From contig LSRY02000008.1 in assembly GCA_001643675.2 (NCBI GenBank), positions 1,550,001 through 1,614,000 on the forward strand: 64,000 bases of DNA. Reading direction: 5' to 3'. This DNA is from Monocercomonoides exilis PA203. Taxonomy: Eukaryota > Protista > Preaxostyla. The stretch's first letter is position 1. Every line of letters starts with the position of its first letter. The notes beneath the pieces are model-generated. The model ran no database searches and was not told the origin of the DNA. It saw nothing but the letters and a program-made list of their open reading frames with translations. The position numbers and the translations under genes are program-made. This document shows, one piece after another, positions 1-11,760 of this stretch.

Positions 1-953
1 TTGGCAGTGTTTGATTTCTAAGCGAGATTGTTTGTGGGGAGCAGGGTTCAGCTTGTGGCTGATCAGAGAAGCGGATGCGCACAAGGGAAAATGGTGCTTG
101 CAGCAGCTGTGTTTGATGGGATGATTTTTCAGCAGTTCGTTTTTTGGAAAAGAAAGGCGAGCGTGGGAAACAATGTTTGTGAGAAGGAGCAGGAAAAGGG
201 AGGGGAATGGAGAATGTGGAGCGGAGTGCCTGTTTAGTGGAGGAACACATTGCAGCTGGGATTTATATACACATATATTTTATTTTGAAGGAGGAGACAA
301 AAGCGAGTTGGATGATGTATTTTGGGAGCTGATGGGTGGGGATGTTTGGGGATGCAGTCATGCTCATCTGGGCAGTCGAGGCAGCACAGGAAAGGGAATG
401 TGCGATTGCTTTGTGAGCCTTTCGGGGCGTAGGAGGAGACAGGTTTGGTGATTTGTTTCATGAGAATTTATATATTTTATATTTAATTTTATTTTTCTTT
501 ATTGAGGATATTGAGTGAATTGCCGAAAGATGCATGGAAAGCCATCACATGTTGTCTGAGGAGCGCAGATTGTTTTTATAGCTTTGCTTGAAGAATGAGA
601 GGAGGAAGAGAAATATTTCATATTTTTTGGATTGAGGGTTGGATGGAGGAAGATGGGAAGAGAAGAATGGTGAGAGTGAGGTTGAATGGGCAATGGAAGA
701 GCGGGTGAGAACAACATTTAATTTTACTTTATTTGGAATTGAGTTTGAAAGGCGAAGGCGTGGTGTGGTGTGGTGCTTGGAGTGGATGATGTTGGGGCGA
801 GAGGTATTTGGAGAGAGGCAAACAGGGGAAGAGGGGAGTGAAGGGAAATGAAGAATTGTGGAGGTATTTTATTCTTGTTTGTTCATTTTCTTCATGTTCC
901 ATTTTTTATTTATATTTGCATATTTTAATTTGATTGATGTGTAATGCGATCAG

Positions 954-2696
954 GTGTTGTCAGAAGCGCTTGGGGAGCATGAAGCATGGGACATGGAAAC
1001 AGAACTTTTTTCTGGGACATTCCTGGAAGAAATTGGGAGAAAACAGCAGCAGAAGATATTTGGCAGAATGATCCAGGCGGAAAAAATGGAGCGAACGGGA
1101 AAAGAAATTTTTGTGAATATTTTTTTTAACAAAAATCTTTTCGGAAGCAGCAGCAGAAGAGGCAGGAAAATGGATACAGCTGCATTGGGATATTTTGCGA
1201 CGCTTTGCCAAGATGCGTGGGGAAGAGAAGGAAAAGGAAGAACTTCTGTGAATGAATTTAATTTCTCATCTTTTTGCCAATATTTCGCTTCACCTTCTAT
1301 TTCCCTTGTATCCCTCTCCAAATTATCATTTTTCAACATCTCAACAGCAAATGATGTATGCTCACCTTCAGCCACTACGTCAACCCAAACCATATGTCTG
1401 ATGAGCAGTTGCTCATTTTTATCTGTTTGTGATGCATATGATGGCGGAATTGTTCCTTCTCTGAACAACCCCTTGGCTTCCTTATCTGTTTCGAACACAT
1501 CATTCGTTGGATGTTGTCGGACAAGGAATGTTGAATGCATTGGAACTTCAGAAGTTCCATTGAAACCAGACAGACAGAATGAAACATTCAATGGAGCTAA
1601 TTCATTCACTTGGTGTGAATGGAGTGGATCGAAGGCAACAGGAAAAGGTGAAACATATTCCGATGGCACTTCGAACGGTGGCGCAATATTCATGTATGGT
1701 CAATCGTCCGCAACTGTTTCAGTTTCGCATTGTGCATTCAATGAATGTGTTGCGTATTACGCAGGCGGAGGGATTTCATGCTATAGCATTAAATCAGTTG
1801 AGATTGTGAATAACACATTTAATGCTTGTGCTTCTGAAACATGGATTGGAGGAGGGGTGTTCGTTTTTACGATTTCAACATGCGTTCGGATCAGCGGATG
1901 TGAATTCCAGAATTGCAAAGCAAATAATGGTGGAGGAGGCTTAAGATTAGAAAATTTTCAGGTTTCAGGAACTGGATGTATTGGAAATGAAAATGGTGGA
2001 GGAGAGAGTGCGTGTGTGTTTGACTGCAGCTTCACTTCATGTTCAATCACAAATTCGTATGGTGGAGGCATGTGTTGTGTTACTGTTCCTGCGACGCAAT
2101 TCAAAATGAGGGGCATTCAGTTCATTTCATGCAATGCATTATCACATGGTGGAGGGTTTCATTTAAATCCGAATAGACCAACAACGTCAAATGATAGAAT
2201 CTATTGTTATTTCCTGTTCTTCCACGAATGCAAATGCTCAGCCAATCCTCCACGCGGATATGATATTGCATATGCAGATTATTACAAACATTTTTTGGAT
2301 TCTGGAAATCCGTTCAACGAGTGCTATACTACAAATGCTGATGATAGGAGATTATTTTTTGAACATTACAATGGAAGTAATTGGATTGGTCAACATACAG
2401 AAAAGAAGTGGTGGTTGAAAGACAAGACGATTTATGTCTCAGTGAGCGGGAATGACTTGTATGAGTTGTGTGGGGCAAATACAACAATTCCATGCAAAAC
2501 AGTGAAGAAAGCGCTTGAGATGTGTGAGGTGCAGGTTAGCTTGGCAATCACGCTGCTGGAAGGGGATCATCAAAGTGAGGCAACAACAGTTGAGATTGGG
2601 GAAAAGAAGATTTCAGTCATCGGGAGTGGTAAAGATAAGAGTTTGATTGAAACAGGGGCACTTTTTCCTTCTTCTGTAGAAGAGCCGTTCATGTAA
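954..2696 (+). CDS. Cys/Gly-rich right-handed beta-helix (pectin lyase-like / Pmp-like) protein, paralog A, left arm of P1; possibly a truncated cassette
   Basis: 580-aa ORF with repeated GGA(I)/GGG and FxxC motifs (NGGAIFM, FNECVAYYAGGGI, FQNCKANNGGGGL). GTG start follows a putative intron acceptor (tcag at 950-953); first ATG at 993. The homologous C-terminal frame continues out of frame after 2696 (VTSVHLKMIHMNIDHNSS). Confidence 0.8.
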   Translation: MLSEALGEHEAWDMETELFSGTFLEEIGRKQQQKIFGRMIQAEKMERTGKEIFVNIFFNKNLFGSSSRRGRKMDTAALGYFATLCQDAWGREGKGRTSVNEFNFSSFCQYFASPSISLVSLSKLSFFNISTANDVCSPSATTSTQTICLMSSCSFLSVCDAYDGGIVPSLNNPLASLSVSNTSFVGCCRTRNVECIGTSEVPLKPDRQNETFNGANSFTWCEWSGSKATGKGETYSDGTSNGGAIFMYGQSSATVSVSHCAFNECVAYYAGGGISCYSIKSVEIVNNTFNACASETWIGGGVFVFTISTCVRISGCEFQNCKANNGGGGLRLENFQVSGTGCIGNENGGGESACVFDCSFTSCSITNSYGGGMCCVTVPATQFKMRGIQFISCNALSHGGGFHLNPNRPTTSNDRIYCYFLFFHECKCSANPPRGYDIAYADYYKHFLDSGNPFNECYTTNADDRRLFFEHYNGSNWIGQHTEKKWWLKDKTIYVSVSGNDLYELCGANTTIPCKTVKKALEMCEVQVSLAITLLEGDHQSEATTVEIGEKKISVIGSGKDKSLIETGALFPSSVEEPFM

Positions 2697-3027
2697 CGAG
2701 TGTCCATTTGAAAATGATTCACATGAATATCGACCACAACTCATCGGCAAGTTTTTCACTGGATGTGGCTGTGATTGATAGAGAAGGCTGGATGCTTCCC
2801 TGGAAGAATATATAAATGAATGTATCTTTTTTTATAAGAATTGAAATTAAGAATGTTGTTATCAACTATTTTATGCCGCTTTGCATGACAATGCGAGTGA
2901 GTAATTCACAAATAATTCTGTTTCAAAAATCTTGAATACAAAATCGAAATTTTATTGCATGAATTCGATAAAGAATTATTAGATAAAAAACGACAGAATA
3001 AATTTTTACCAAAAATTTTTTTAAAAA

Positions 3028-3053
3028 GATAAGATAAGATAAGATAAGATAAG
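3028..3053 (+). repeat. (GATAA)n microsatellite (mirror ~5900-5925)
   Basis: Direct reading. Confidence 0.85.
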
Positions 3054-3474
3054 AAAAATTAGAAAGGGTTGGATGCTTGGAGACAGGAGACTTTTCACAT
3101 TCACACGCATTTTTTAAAAATACACCTAATCAAAAAAGCAGTATTTTTTTTTTTTTTTTTCCGAAAAGATGCAAATATATTGGAAAAGAAACTTGCCTCT
3201 TAAGTAACTTTATTCCTATGAAGTATTTATTGAATTTTTTCTTTTAATTTTTATGAAAATTAAAAAAAGATATGGGTGGTTAATTTTTGATATTTTTATT
3301 TGGGGTAAAATATCACACTTCAGGCATTTTGTTTGAAAAATTATGCACTTTTGATTAACTTTTTGTGATCAAAAAATATGAATAAAATCGGTTCATTTTT
3401 TTTTAACAAACGTGTGAGGTCACAAAACATGTTATTATATCAATGATGTTTATTTACAGATATGAAAATTCAAT

Positions 3475-3659
3475 ATATGGGGCCAAATTTTTGTAATTAT
3501 GAAAAAAACTGAGATTTGTTCCAAACTTTTTTAACAATCATTTCATTATAACTCAACTTGAACAATGCATATAATTACAATAAAATTCAAAAATTGAGAA
3601 AAATATTTGTTAGAGAAGAATGGAACAAAATTCTTAAAGCACAATATTTCGTTCCATAT
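3475..3659. repeat. dispersed ~185-bp inverted-repeat element, family B (mirror at ~5294-5478)
   Basis: ATATGG...CCATAT ends with internal tgttcca / tggaaca. Aligns by eye with 18111-18296 (ttatgaaaaaaact; agaatggaacaaaattc.taaagca). Confidence 0.55.
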
Positions 3660-6255
3660 TTTGAATCTGATAATGTTAAATAAAGTTATGAGTGAAATAA
3701 AGATTTAATGCTTTGTGCAAAAAAAGCTTTAAAAATCATATTTTCCCCCATTTTTGTCAAAATCATTTCAAAAGGTGTGCATGAGGATGGTTTCAAAAAT
3801 TATTCTTCTAGGATGGTTTTTTAATCCGGACAAAATTTGAAAAATAAAATATCTCAACAAATATTCAATATTAATTAACATTAATTTGCAAAGCTGTATA
3901 CAAACATACGTGAGATCTATTTGTATGCAAAATTTTTAATAGAAATGTTGTATATTTTTTGAAATAAATACTTTTTATTTTTGAAAATCTGACTTTTGAA
4001 GAATTTTTCTATTTTAACAAAACGATTCAGCTCATCTTTTATACACACAACTTATTTTTTCCATGATAAAAACAATTTTGGTTATTTTTTATTTTTTAGA
4101 AATTTGCTTGTCTAGATTGTATGGAAATCCATCATTTTTGAAAAATCATTGCCAAAGGGATAACTTTAAAAATATTTTTGACGAAACTCAACAACGTCCA
4201 AGTGAATTTCACTCATTCATTAATTAAAATAATAGTTATTTAAAATTAATACAAAGCTATAATACTAAATGATTCAGTGAAGATTCCACTAAAATTTTTT
4301 TTAATTATTTCATTGATAATTTTTTTGAGTCAATTTTTTAAGAAATTTGAATAATATGGCTATATTTTTATGAAAAGTTCCTTTTGTTTAATTTTCTAAT
4401 AAAGAAAAATTTCATATTTCAATTAAATTTCTGTTCCCACTCACCAAATTTCGCTGTCATGAAAATAAAATTTTTACAATGTTATTATTTTCATTCAAGA
4501 AAAGTTTCGTGAGAAGGAACAGAAAATTGATTGAAATATGAAATTTTTCTTTATTAGAAAATTAAACAAAAGGAACTTTTCATAAAAATATAGCCATATT
4601 ATTCAAATTTCTTAAAAAATTGACTCAAAAAAATTATCAATGAAATAATTAAAAAAAATTTTAGTGGAATCTTCACTGAATCATTTAGTATTATAGCTTT
4701 GTATTAATTTTAAATAACTATTATTTTAATTAATGAATGAGTGAAATTCACTTGGACGTTGTTGAGTTTCGTCAAAAATATTTTTAAAGTTATCCCTTTG
4801 GCAATGATTTTTCAAAAATGATGGATTTCCATACAATCTAGACAAGCAAATTTCTAAAAAATAAAAAATAACCAAAATTGTTTTTATCATGGAAAAAATA
4901 AGTTGTGTGTATAAAAGATGAGCTGAATCGTTTTGTTAAAATAGAAAAATTCTTCAAAAGTCAGATTTTCAAAAATAAAAAGTATTTATTTCAAAAAATA
5001 TACAACATTTCTATTAAAAATTTTGCATACAAATAGATCTCACGTATGTTTGTATACAGCTTTGCAAATTAATGTTAATTAATATTGAATATTTGTTGAG
5101 ATATTTTATTTTTCAAATTTTGTCCGGATTAAAAAACCATCCTAGAAGAATAATTTTTGAAACCATCCTCATGCACACCTTTTGAAATGATTTTGACAAA
5201 AATGGGGGAAAATATGATTTTTAAAGCTTTTTTTGCACAAAGCATTAAATCTTTATTTCACTCATAACTTTATTTAACATTATCAGATTCAAAATATGGA
5301 ACGAAATATTGTGCTTTAAGAATTTTGTTCCATTCTTCTCTAACAAATATTTTTCTCAATTTTTGAATTTTATTGTAATTATATGCATTGTTCAAGTTGA
5401 GTTATAATGAAATGATTGTTAAAAAAGTTTGGAACAAATCTCAGTTTTTTTCATAATTACAAAAATTTGGCCCCATATATTGAATTTTCATATCTGTAAA
5501 TAAACATCATTGATATAATAACATGTTTTGTGACCTCACACGTTTGTTAAAAAAAAATGAACCGATTTTATTCATATTTTTTGATCACAAAAAGTTAATC
5601 AAAAGTGCATAATTTTTCAAACAAAATGCCTGAAGTGTGATATTTTACCCCAAATAAAAATATCAAAAATTAACCACCCATATCTTTTTTTAATTTTCAT
5701 AAAAATTAAAAGAAAAAATTCAATAAATACTTCATAGGAATAAAGTTACTTAAGAGGCAAGTTTCTTTTCCAATATATTTGCATCTTTTCGGAAAAAAAA
5801 AAAAAAAAATACTGCTTTTTTGATTAGGTGTATTTTTAAAAAATGCGTGTGAATGTGAAAAGTCTCCTGTCTCCAAGCATCCAACCCTTTCTAATTTTTC
5901 TTATCTTATCTTATCTTATCTTATCTTTTAAAAAAATTTTTGGTAAAAATTTATTCTGTCGTTTTTTATCTAATAATTCTTTATCGAATTCATGCAATAA
6001 AATTTCGATTTTGTATTCAAGATTTTTGAAACAGAATTATTTGTGAATTACTCACTCGCATTGTCATGCAAAGCGGCATAAAATAGTTGATAACAACATT
6101 CTTAATTTCAATTCTTATAAAAAAAGATACATTCATTTATATATTCTTCCAGGGAAGCATCCAGCCTTCTCTATCAATCACAGCCACATCCAGTGAAAAA
6201 CTTGCCGATGAGTTGTGGTCGATATTCATGTGAATCATTTTCAAATGGACACTCG

Positions 6256-7998
6256 TTACATGAACGGCTCTTCTACAGAAGAAGGAAAAAGTGCCCCTGT
6301 TTCAATCAAACTCTTATCTTTACCACTCCCGATGACTGAAATCTTCTTTTCCCCAATCTCAACTGTTGTTGCCTCACTTTGATGATCCCCTTCCAGCAGC
6401 GTGATTGCCAAGCTAACCTGCACCTCACACATCTCAAGCGCTTTCTTCACTGTTTTGCATGGAATTGTTGTATTTGCCCCACACAACTCATACAAGTCAT
6501 TCCCGCTCACTGAGACATAAATCGTCTTGTCTTTCAACCACCACTTCTTTTCTGTATGTTGACCAATCCAATTACTTCCATTGTAATGTTCAAAAAATAA
6601 TCTCCTATCATCAGCATTTGTAGTATAGCACTCGTTGAACGGATTTCCAGAATCCAAAAAATGTTTGTAATAATCTGCATATGCAATATCATATCCGCGT
6701 GGAGGATTGGCTGAGCATTTGCATTCGTGGAAGAACAGGAAATAACAATAGATTCTATCATTTGACGTTGTTGGTCTATTCGGATTTAAATGAAACCCTC
6801 CACCATGTGATAATGCATTGCATGAAATGAACTGAATGCCCCTCATTTTGAATTGCGTCGCAGGAACAGTAACACAACACATGCCTCCACCATACGAATT
6901 TGTGATTGAACATGAAGTGAAGCTGCAGTCAAACACACACGCACTCTCTCCTCCACCATTTTCATTTCCAATACATCCAGTTCCTGAAACCTGAAAATTT
7001 TCTAATCTTAAGCCTCCTCCACCATTATTTGCTTTGCAATTCTGGAATTCACATCCGCTGATCCGAACGCATGTTGAAATCGTAAAAACGAACACCCCTC
7101 CTCCAATCCATGTTTCAGAAGCACAAGCATTAAATGTGTTATTCACAATCTCAACTGATTTAATGCTATAGCATGAAATCCCTCCGCCTGCGTAATACGC
7201 AACACATTCATTGAATGCACAATGCGAAACTGAAACAGTTGCGGACGATTGACCATACATGAATATTGCGCCACCGTTCGAAGTGCCATCGGAATATGTT
7301 TCACCTTTTCCTGTTGCCTTCGATCCACTCCATTCACACCAAGTGAATGAATTAGCTCCATTGAATGTTTCATTCTGTCTGTCTGGTTTCAATGGAACTT
7401 CTGAAGTTCCAATGCATTCAACATTCCTTGTCCGACAACATCCAACGAATGATGTGTTCGAAACAGATAAGGAAGCCAAGGGGTTGTTCAGAGAAGGAAC
7501 AATTCCGCCATCATATGCATCACAAACAGATAAAAATGAGCAACTGCTCATCAGACATATGGTTTGGGTTGACGTAGTGGCTGAAGGTGAGCATACATCA
7601 TTTGCTGTTGAGATGTTGAAAAATGATAATTTGGAGAGGGATACAAGGGAAATAGAAGGTGAAGCGAAATATTGGCAAAAAGATGAGAAATTAAATTCAT
7701 TCACAGAAGTTCTTCCTTTTCCTTCTCTTCCCCACGCATCTTGGCAAAGCGTCGCAAAATATCCCAATGCAGCTGTATCCATTTTCCTGCCTCTTCTGCT
7801 GCTGCTTCCGAAAAGATTTTTGTTAAAAAAAATATTCACAAAAATTTCTTTTCCCGTTCGCTCCATTTTTTCCGCCTGGATCATTCTGCCAAATATCTTC
7901 TGCTGCTGTTTTCTCCCAATTTCTTCCAGGAATGTCCCAGAAAAAAGTTCTGTTTCCATGTCCCATGCTTCATGCTCCCCAAGCGCTTCTGACAACAC
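6256..7998 (-). CDS. beta-helix protein paralog A, mirror copy (right arm of P1)
   Basis: Translation identical to 954..2696; coordinates sum to 8952. Confidence 0.8.
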   Translation of the reverse strand: MLSEALGEHEAWDMETELFSGTFLEEIGRKQQQKIFGRMIQAEKMERTGKEIFVNIFFNKNLFGSSSRRGRKMDTAALGYFATLCQDAWGREGKGRTSVNEFNFSSFCQYFASPSISLVSLSKLSFFNISTANDVCSPSATTSTQTICLMSSCSFLSVCDAYDGGIVPSLNNPLASLSVSNTSFVGCCRTRNVECIGTSEVPLKPDRQNETFNGANSFTWCEWSGSKATGKGETYSDGTSNGGAIFMYGQSSATVSVSHCAFNECVAYYAGGGISCYSIKSVEIVNNTFNACASETWIGGGVFVFTISTCVRISGCEFQNCKANNGGGGLRLENFQVSGTGCIGNENGGGESACVFDCSFTSCSITNSYGGGMCCVTVPATQFKMRGIQFISCNALSHGGGFHLNPNRPTTSNDRIYCYFLFFHECKCSANPPRGYDIAYADYYKHFLDSGNPFNECYTTNADDRRLFFEHYNGSNWIGQHTEKKWWLKDKTIYVSVSGNDLYELCGANTTIPCKTVKKALEMCEVQVSLAITLLEGDHQSEATTVEIGEKKISVIGSGKDKSLIETGALFPSSVEEPFM

Positions 7999-9039
7999 CT
8001 GATCGCATTACACATCAATCAAATTAAAATATGCAAATATAAATAAAAAATGGAACATGAAGAAAATGAACAAACAAGAATAAAATACCTCCACAATTCT
8101 TCATTTCCCTTCACTCCCCTCTTCCCCTGTTTGCCTCTCTCCAAATACCTCTCGCCCCAACATCATCCACTCCAAGCACCACACCACACCACGCCTTCGC
8201 CTTTCAAACTCAATTCCAAAAATAAAAAAAAAATTAAATGTTGTTTTCGCCCGCTCTTCCATTGCCCATTCAACCTCACTCTCACCATTCTTCTCTTCCC
8301 ATCTTCCTCCATCCAACCCTCAATCCAAAAAATATGAAATATTTCTCTTCCTCCTCTCATTCTTCAAGCAAAGCTATAAAAACAATCTGCGCTCCTCAGA
8401 CAACATGTGATGGCTTTCCATGCATCTTTCGGCAATTCACTCAATATCCTCAATAAAAATATATATTAAATAAAAAATATCATGAAATTTTTATTTAAGA
8501 AAATATACAAATTTGAAAAAAAATATCAAAGATATTTTTTTAAAAAAAACAAAACAAATAACAACAAACTGTTTCATAATGAATTTTCTTCACACACTTT
8601 TTCTAATTCGTCCTTTCTTCTTCATTTCCTTTTTTTCTTAAAATATCGTTCTTTTATGCCTATAAATTCCATTCTTCCATTTTCGCTTCCCTTTTACTCC
8701 AAAAATCATTTATTTCCAATCCTTGGTCCTATTTCCAGAGGAATGACTTCACAAACTCCATTCCATAAAGAACTGGAAAAGAAGAAGATTCCATCTGAAG
8801 AGCTCCTTCCCATCCCTTTCTGATGCATCACCTTCTTCTTCTTTCCATTTCCCCCAAAAACAACATCAACGCCCCTCCACCACACATCCTCCATCTCTTC
8901 CACAAGCAATGACAAAATCTCTTCCACTTCATTCTCCATCATCCTTCTTCAAATTAAAAATAAAATATCTCCATCATTTTTCTGTCTCTTTCCATTACAA
9001 GACAGCTCCCATAGTCAGCCCCTCATCTTCCTCTGTCTC

Positions 9040-11760
9040 CGCACCTCCAATGCAAAGCGCCAGTGCTGATGTTCCTTCTTCCCGTCTTCCTCCGCCTCCG
9101 CCTCCATCCCTTGCCCTGCAAATACCTGGCGCGTCCAAACTGTTCATCTAGAAAAAATAAAAAAAGATAAAAAAATATCTCTCGCTATTTTTTACTTCAA
9201 CCCCACTTCCCTTTCTTATCAAACATACATCCACAAAATCTCTTCTCTTTGTTCCGCCTCATATGAACCCCCTCTCTCTCCCTGCATTCAAAAATAAAAA
9301 AAAAATAATATTCCTTTTCCATTTCTTCTCCATTTCCTTTCCATCTCTCATCCTCCCCTCCAATAAATATATTCCATTCACTCCACCCATCTTCCTCCCT
9401 TCTTGTCTCCCTTCTCATCCCACCTCCTCAACATCAAATTCCTTTTCTCCAACAATAAACACGACCTCTGCACCTTCCAACTCACAAAAATCGAAAAAGC
9501 AACCTTTCCAAAACTCCATCCCCATTCATCCCACAAACATCCATTTGCCTCTTAAACCTCACAAAAATATCTCTTTTCCACAAGAAATATTCCTTTATCG
9601 TTCCTTTCCCCTCTCAAAACCCTGTTTCCTCCAAGAACTCAACTCCATCACTCCATACCATAAATCCATTCTTTTGTTATCGCATTGTCTTCATATGCCC
9701 ATTCAGCCACGGCACATCGAGTTGTGCTCCTTTTCTTTTGTGGCTCTTATTCGTTATGGAAAATGATCAAGAAATGTCAAATGCTCAGAAACTGTCAACG
9801 GAGTGAGATTCCGAAGCTAAAACAAAGACAGATTGACTAAACGAAATATTTCCAGTGAAAAGGTTGGGTATTACAAAAGAATGTTTGCTTGATGGAAGAT
9901 GAAATTGTTTATTTTGATTGTTGGAATGCTGTGGAGCGACAATATTTTCAATAGAAATGTTGAATTTTTGATGTATGTGTTTTATATTGTTCTATATGTT
10001 GTGAAGATATTTCCATCCGTAACCTCTCCAAAGTCGTGATTCAGACGATTTATTAAAAATGGACAATTTATTCTATGCAGAACAGAACAGCAATGAAGCG
10101 AGTCAAATGTTATCTTACAAATATATTATTAGAGCCTGAATGTATTTTGTTACGAATGTTTATGTTACTCATTTTGGACTCAACATGCGCGATGGATAGA
10201 AATGCGATGAAAAATGAGTTTTGATGGAGCAGAAATCAACGGGGTTGGAAGATATCCAAGGCAAAAAGGAAGAATGTCCAATCTCTATGAAAAGGGAGCG
10301 TTTTTTAAAAAGAGGAAGAAGACATTTTCATTTTTAAGTTTGTTGGAAAGATTGGGGCAAATAACTGAAACAGGAGATTGAAATCAGTTTGGACAGAACA
10401 AGGAGCCTTTCTTTGGAGAAGAAGGGCAAGACATTGATTTTACGGACCAAGGGGAGCGATGGAACTGCTTTTCATTGCTTGGGTTGAGAGGCGAAAAAAC
10501 GAGAAAAACGGACAGTTTTGCGTAATACGGCAGCTGGAGGCAAATTACAGGCAAAATGGACTTTTATCGTTTGACCTTTGTCTTCAGCCTTCTATCATTG
10601 AAACGTTATTCACAAGAGCAGAGAACGAGGTTGCGATGCTGAGAATATCTTCTGACAGAAGGTATATAGTATTCAAACTTGACAATAACATCGCATTCAC
10701 CATCTTTATCATCTTCATCTCTGTCATTGCCATCATCGCTGTCATCATCATCCTCATCTTCATTAAAATTATATTGAAGCATTTTTATTGTTTGTGTATT
10801 ATTCGAGTGGAATCAGTGCCAAGAATTGGAAATAAGCAAGTTGTTGGAAGCAGAACAGAATCGATTTCATTGGCAATGAAATTGGCAGCGGAAACAAAGA
10901 AGGCGAGTTTTGTTAGCAGAAAAGAACAATAATTTGAGAGGCTTTAGAAGAAGAAGAAGAAAGCGTGTGAAGATTGGCAATAAATATATTTTAGAGTTTG
11001 TTTTGTATTATTTTTTTTCCTCCAATTTTTTCACATATTTTATTTTTATTTATTTTGAGAGATTAAGATTTATGGAAGGATGTTTTCAGGCAATGAATGA
11101 ACATGGGAAAAAGAGCACATTTGATGCTTTTCAGAAATCAGACAATGACAAAAAATTTGAGAATATAGATGAATAAGCCAGAGGCATTAAATGAAATGAA
11201 TGTGAGAGGAGGGATTTGAAGATTTATGTTAAATTTTGAAAAAGAAGAAGGCGAAGCGACGGAAAAGAATAATCGGAAAATTGAGGAAATGGCTGAAGAA
11301 GAAATGTGACAGGAAGTCAAGAAGGATATGAAGATGAAGAAAAGGAAGCAGATTGCGAAAGGAAAATGGTACTGGTTTGTGATATTTTGTATTACATTTT
11401 AAATATTTTTTTTCTTTTTTTTTTAATTGATAATAGGGACTTTTGCATGAATATTCAAAAGGGATGAATGTGAATGGAATACAGAAAGAAGGCAGGAGAC
11501 GAAAACAGAAGGAAAAAAAAAAAAGATTTAGGCGAAAACATTCCTATCAGAAGAGGCGAGCGAAGACAAAAAAAAGATACTAAAACTTATTGGGATATTT
11601 TGCGAGATGGCTCCAAGAGGCAAGGGGAAGAGAAGGAGGCAAAGAAGGAAGTGTTTCGACATGCAAATCTCTTATCTCATCTTCAACCACATTTCTCTCA
11701 TCACCTTCAATCCCTCTTGCTCTCCAAACTCACATTTTTCAACATTTCAACAGCAAATGA
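9040..11760 (+). repeat. segmental duplication: spacer between divergent beta-helix genes, homologous to ~54910-57640 (mirrors ~22790-25510 and ~44130-46860)
   Basis: Long colinear high-similarity match by eye, e.g. 9661-9800 vs 55519-55660 and 10230-11560 vs 56080-57420. ORFs 10459..10932 and 56314..56793 are near-identical. Confidence 0.85.

Larger units (their letters stand above)
498..8457. repeat. giant palindrome P1 (~3.9-kb arms, centre ~4476, ~106-bp imperfect hairpin spacer 4424-4529)
   Basis: Mirror ORFs with coordinate sums 8952-8955. Reverse-complement match read directly from tttattgagg (498) inward to catatttcaat (4423) / attgaaatatg (4530). Confidence 0.95.

Noticed and set aside
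950-1693. Antisense and alternate-frame ORFs overlapping the beta-helix genes (e.g. 950..1693, 11997..12512, 43241..43927)
   Set aside because: Shadow ORFs of the real coding frame; not conserved in length among paralogs.
4424-4529. Viral or protelomerase hairpin-telomere junctions at the palindrome centres
   Set aside because: Centres share no obvious sequence and no resolvase, protelomerase or viral core gene is recognisable in the window.
10459-10932. 157-aa ORF with an Ile-rich 'TM' segment, present in the four spacers
   Set aside because: The hydrophobic stretch comes from an (ATC)n-like low-complexity tract. C-termini differ by frameshifts between copies. Conservation is explained by recent duplication.
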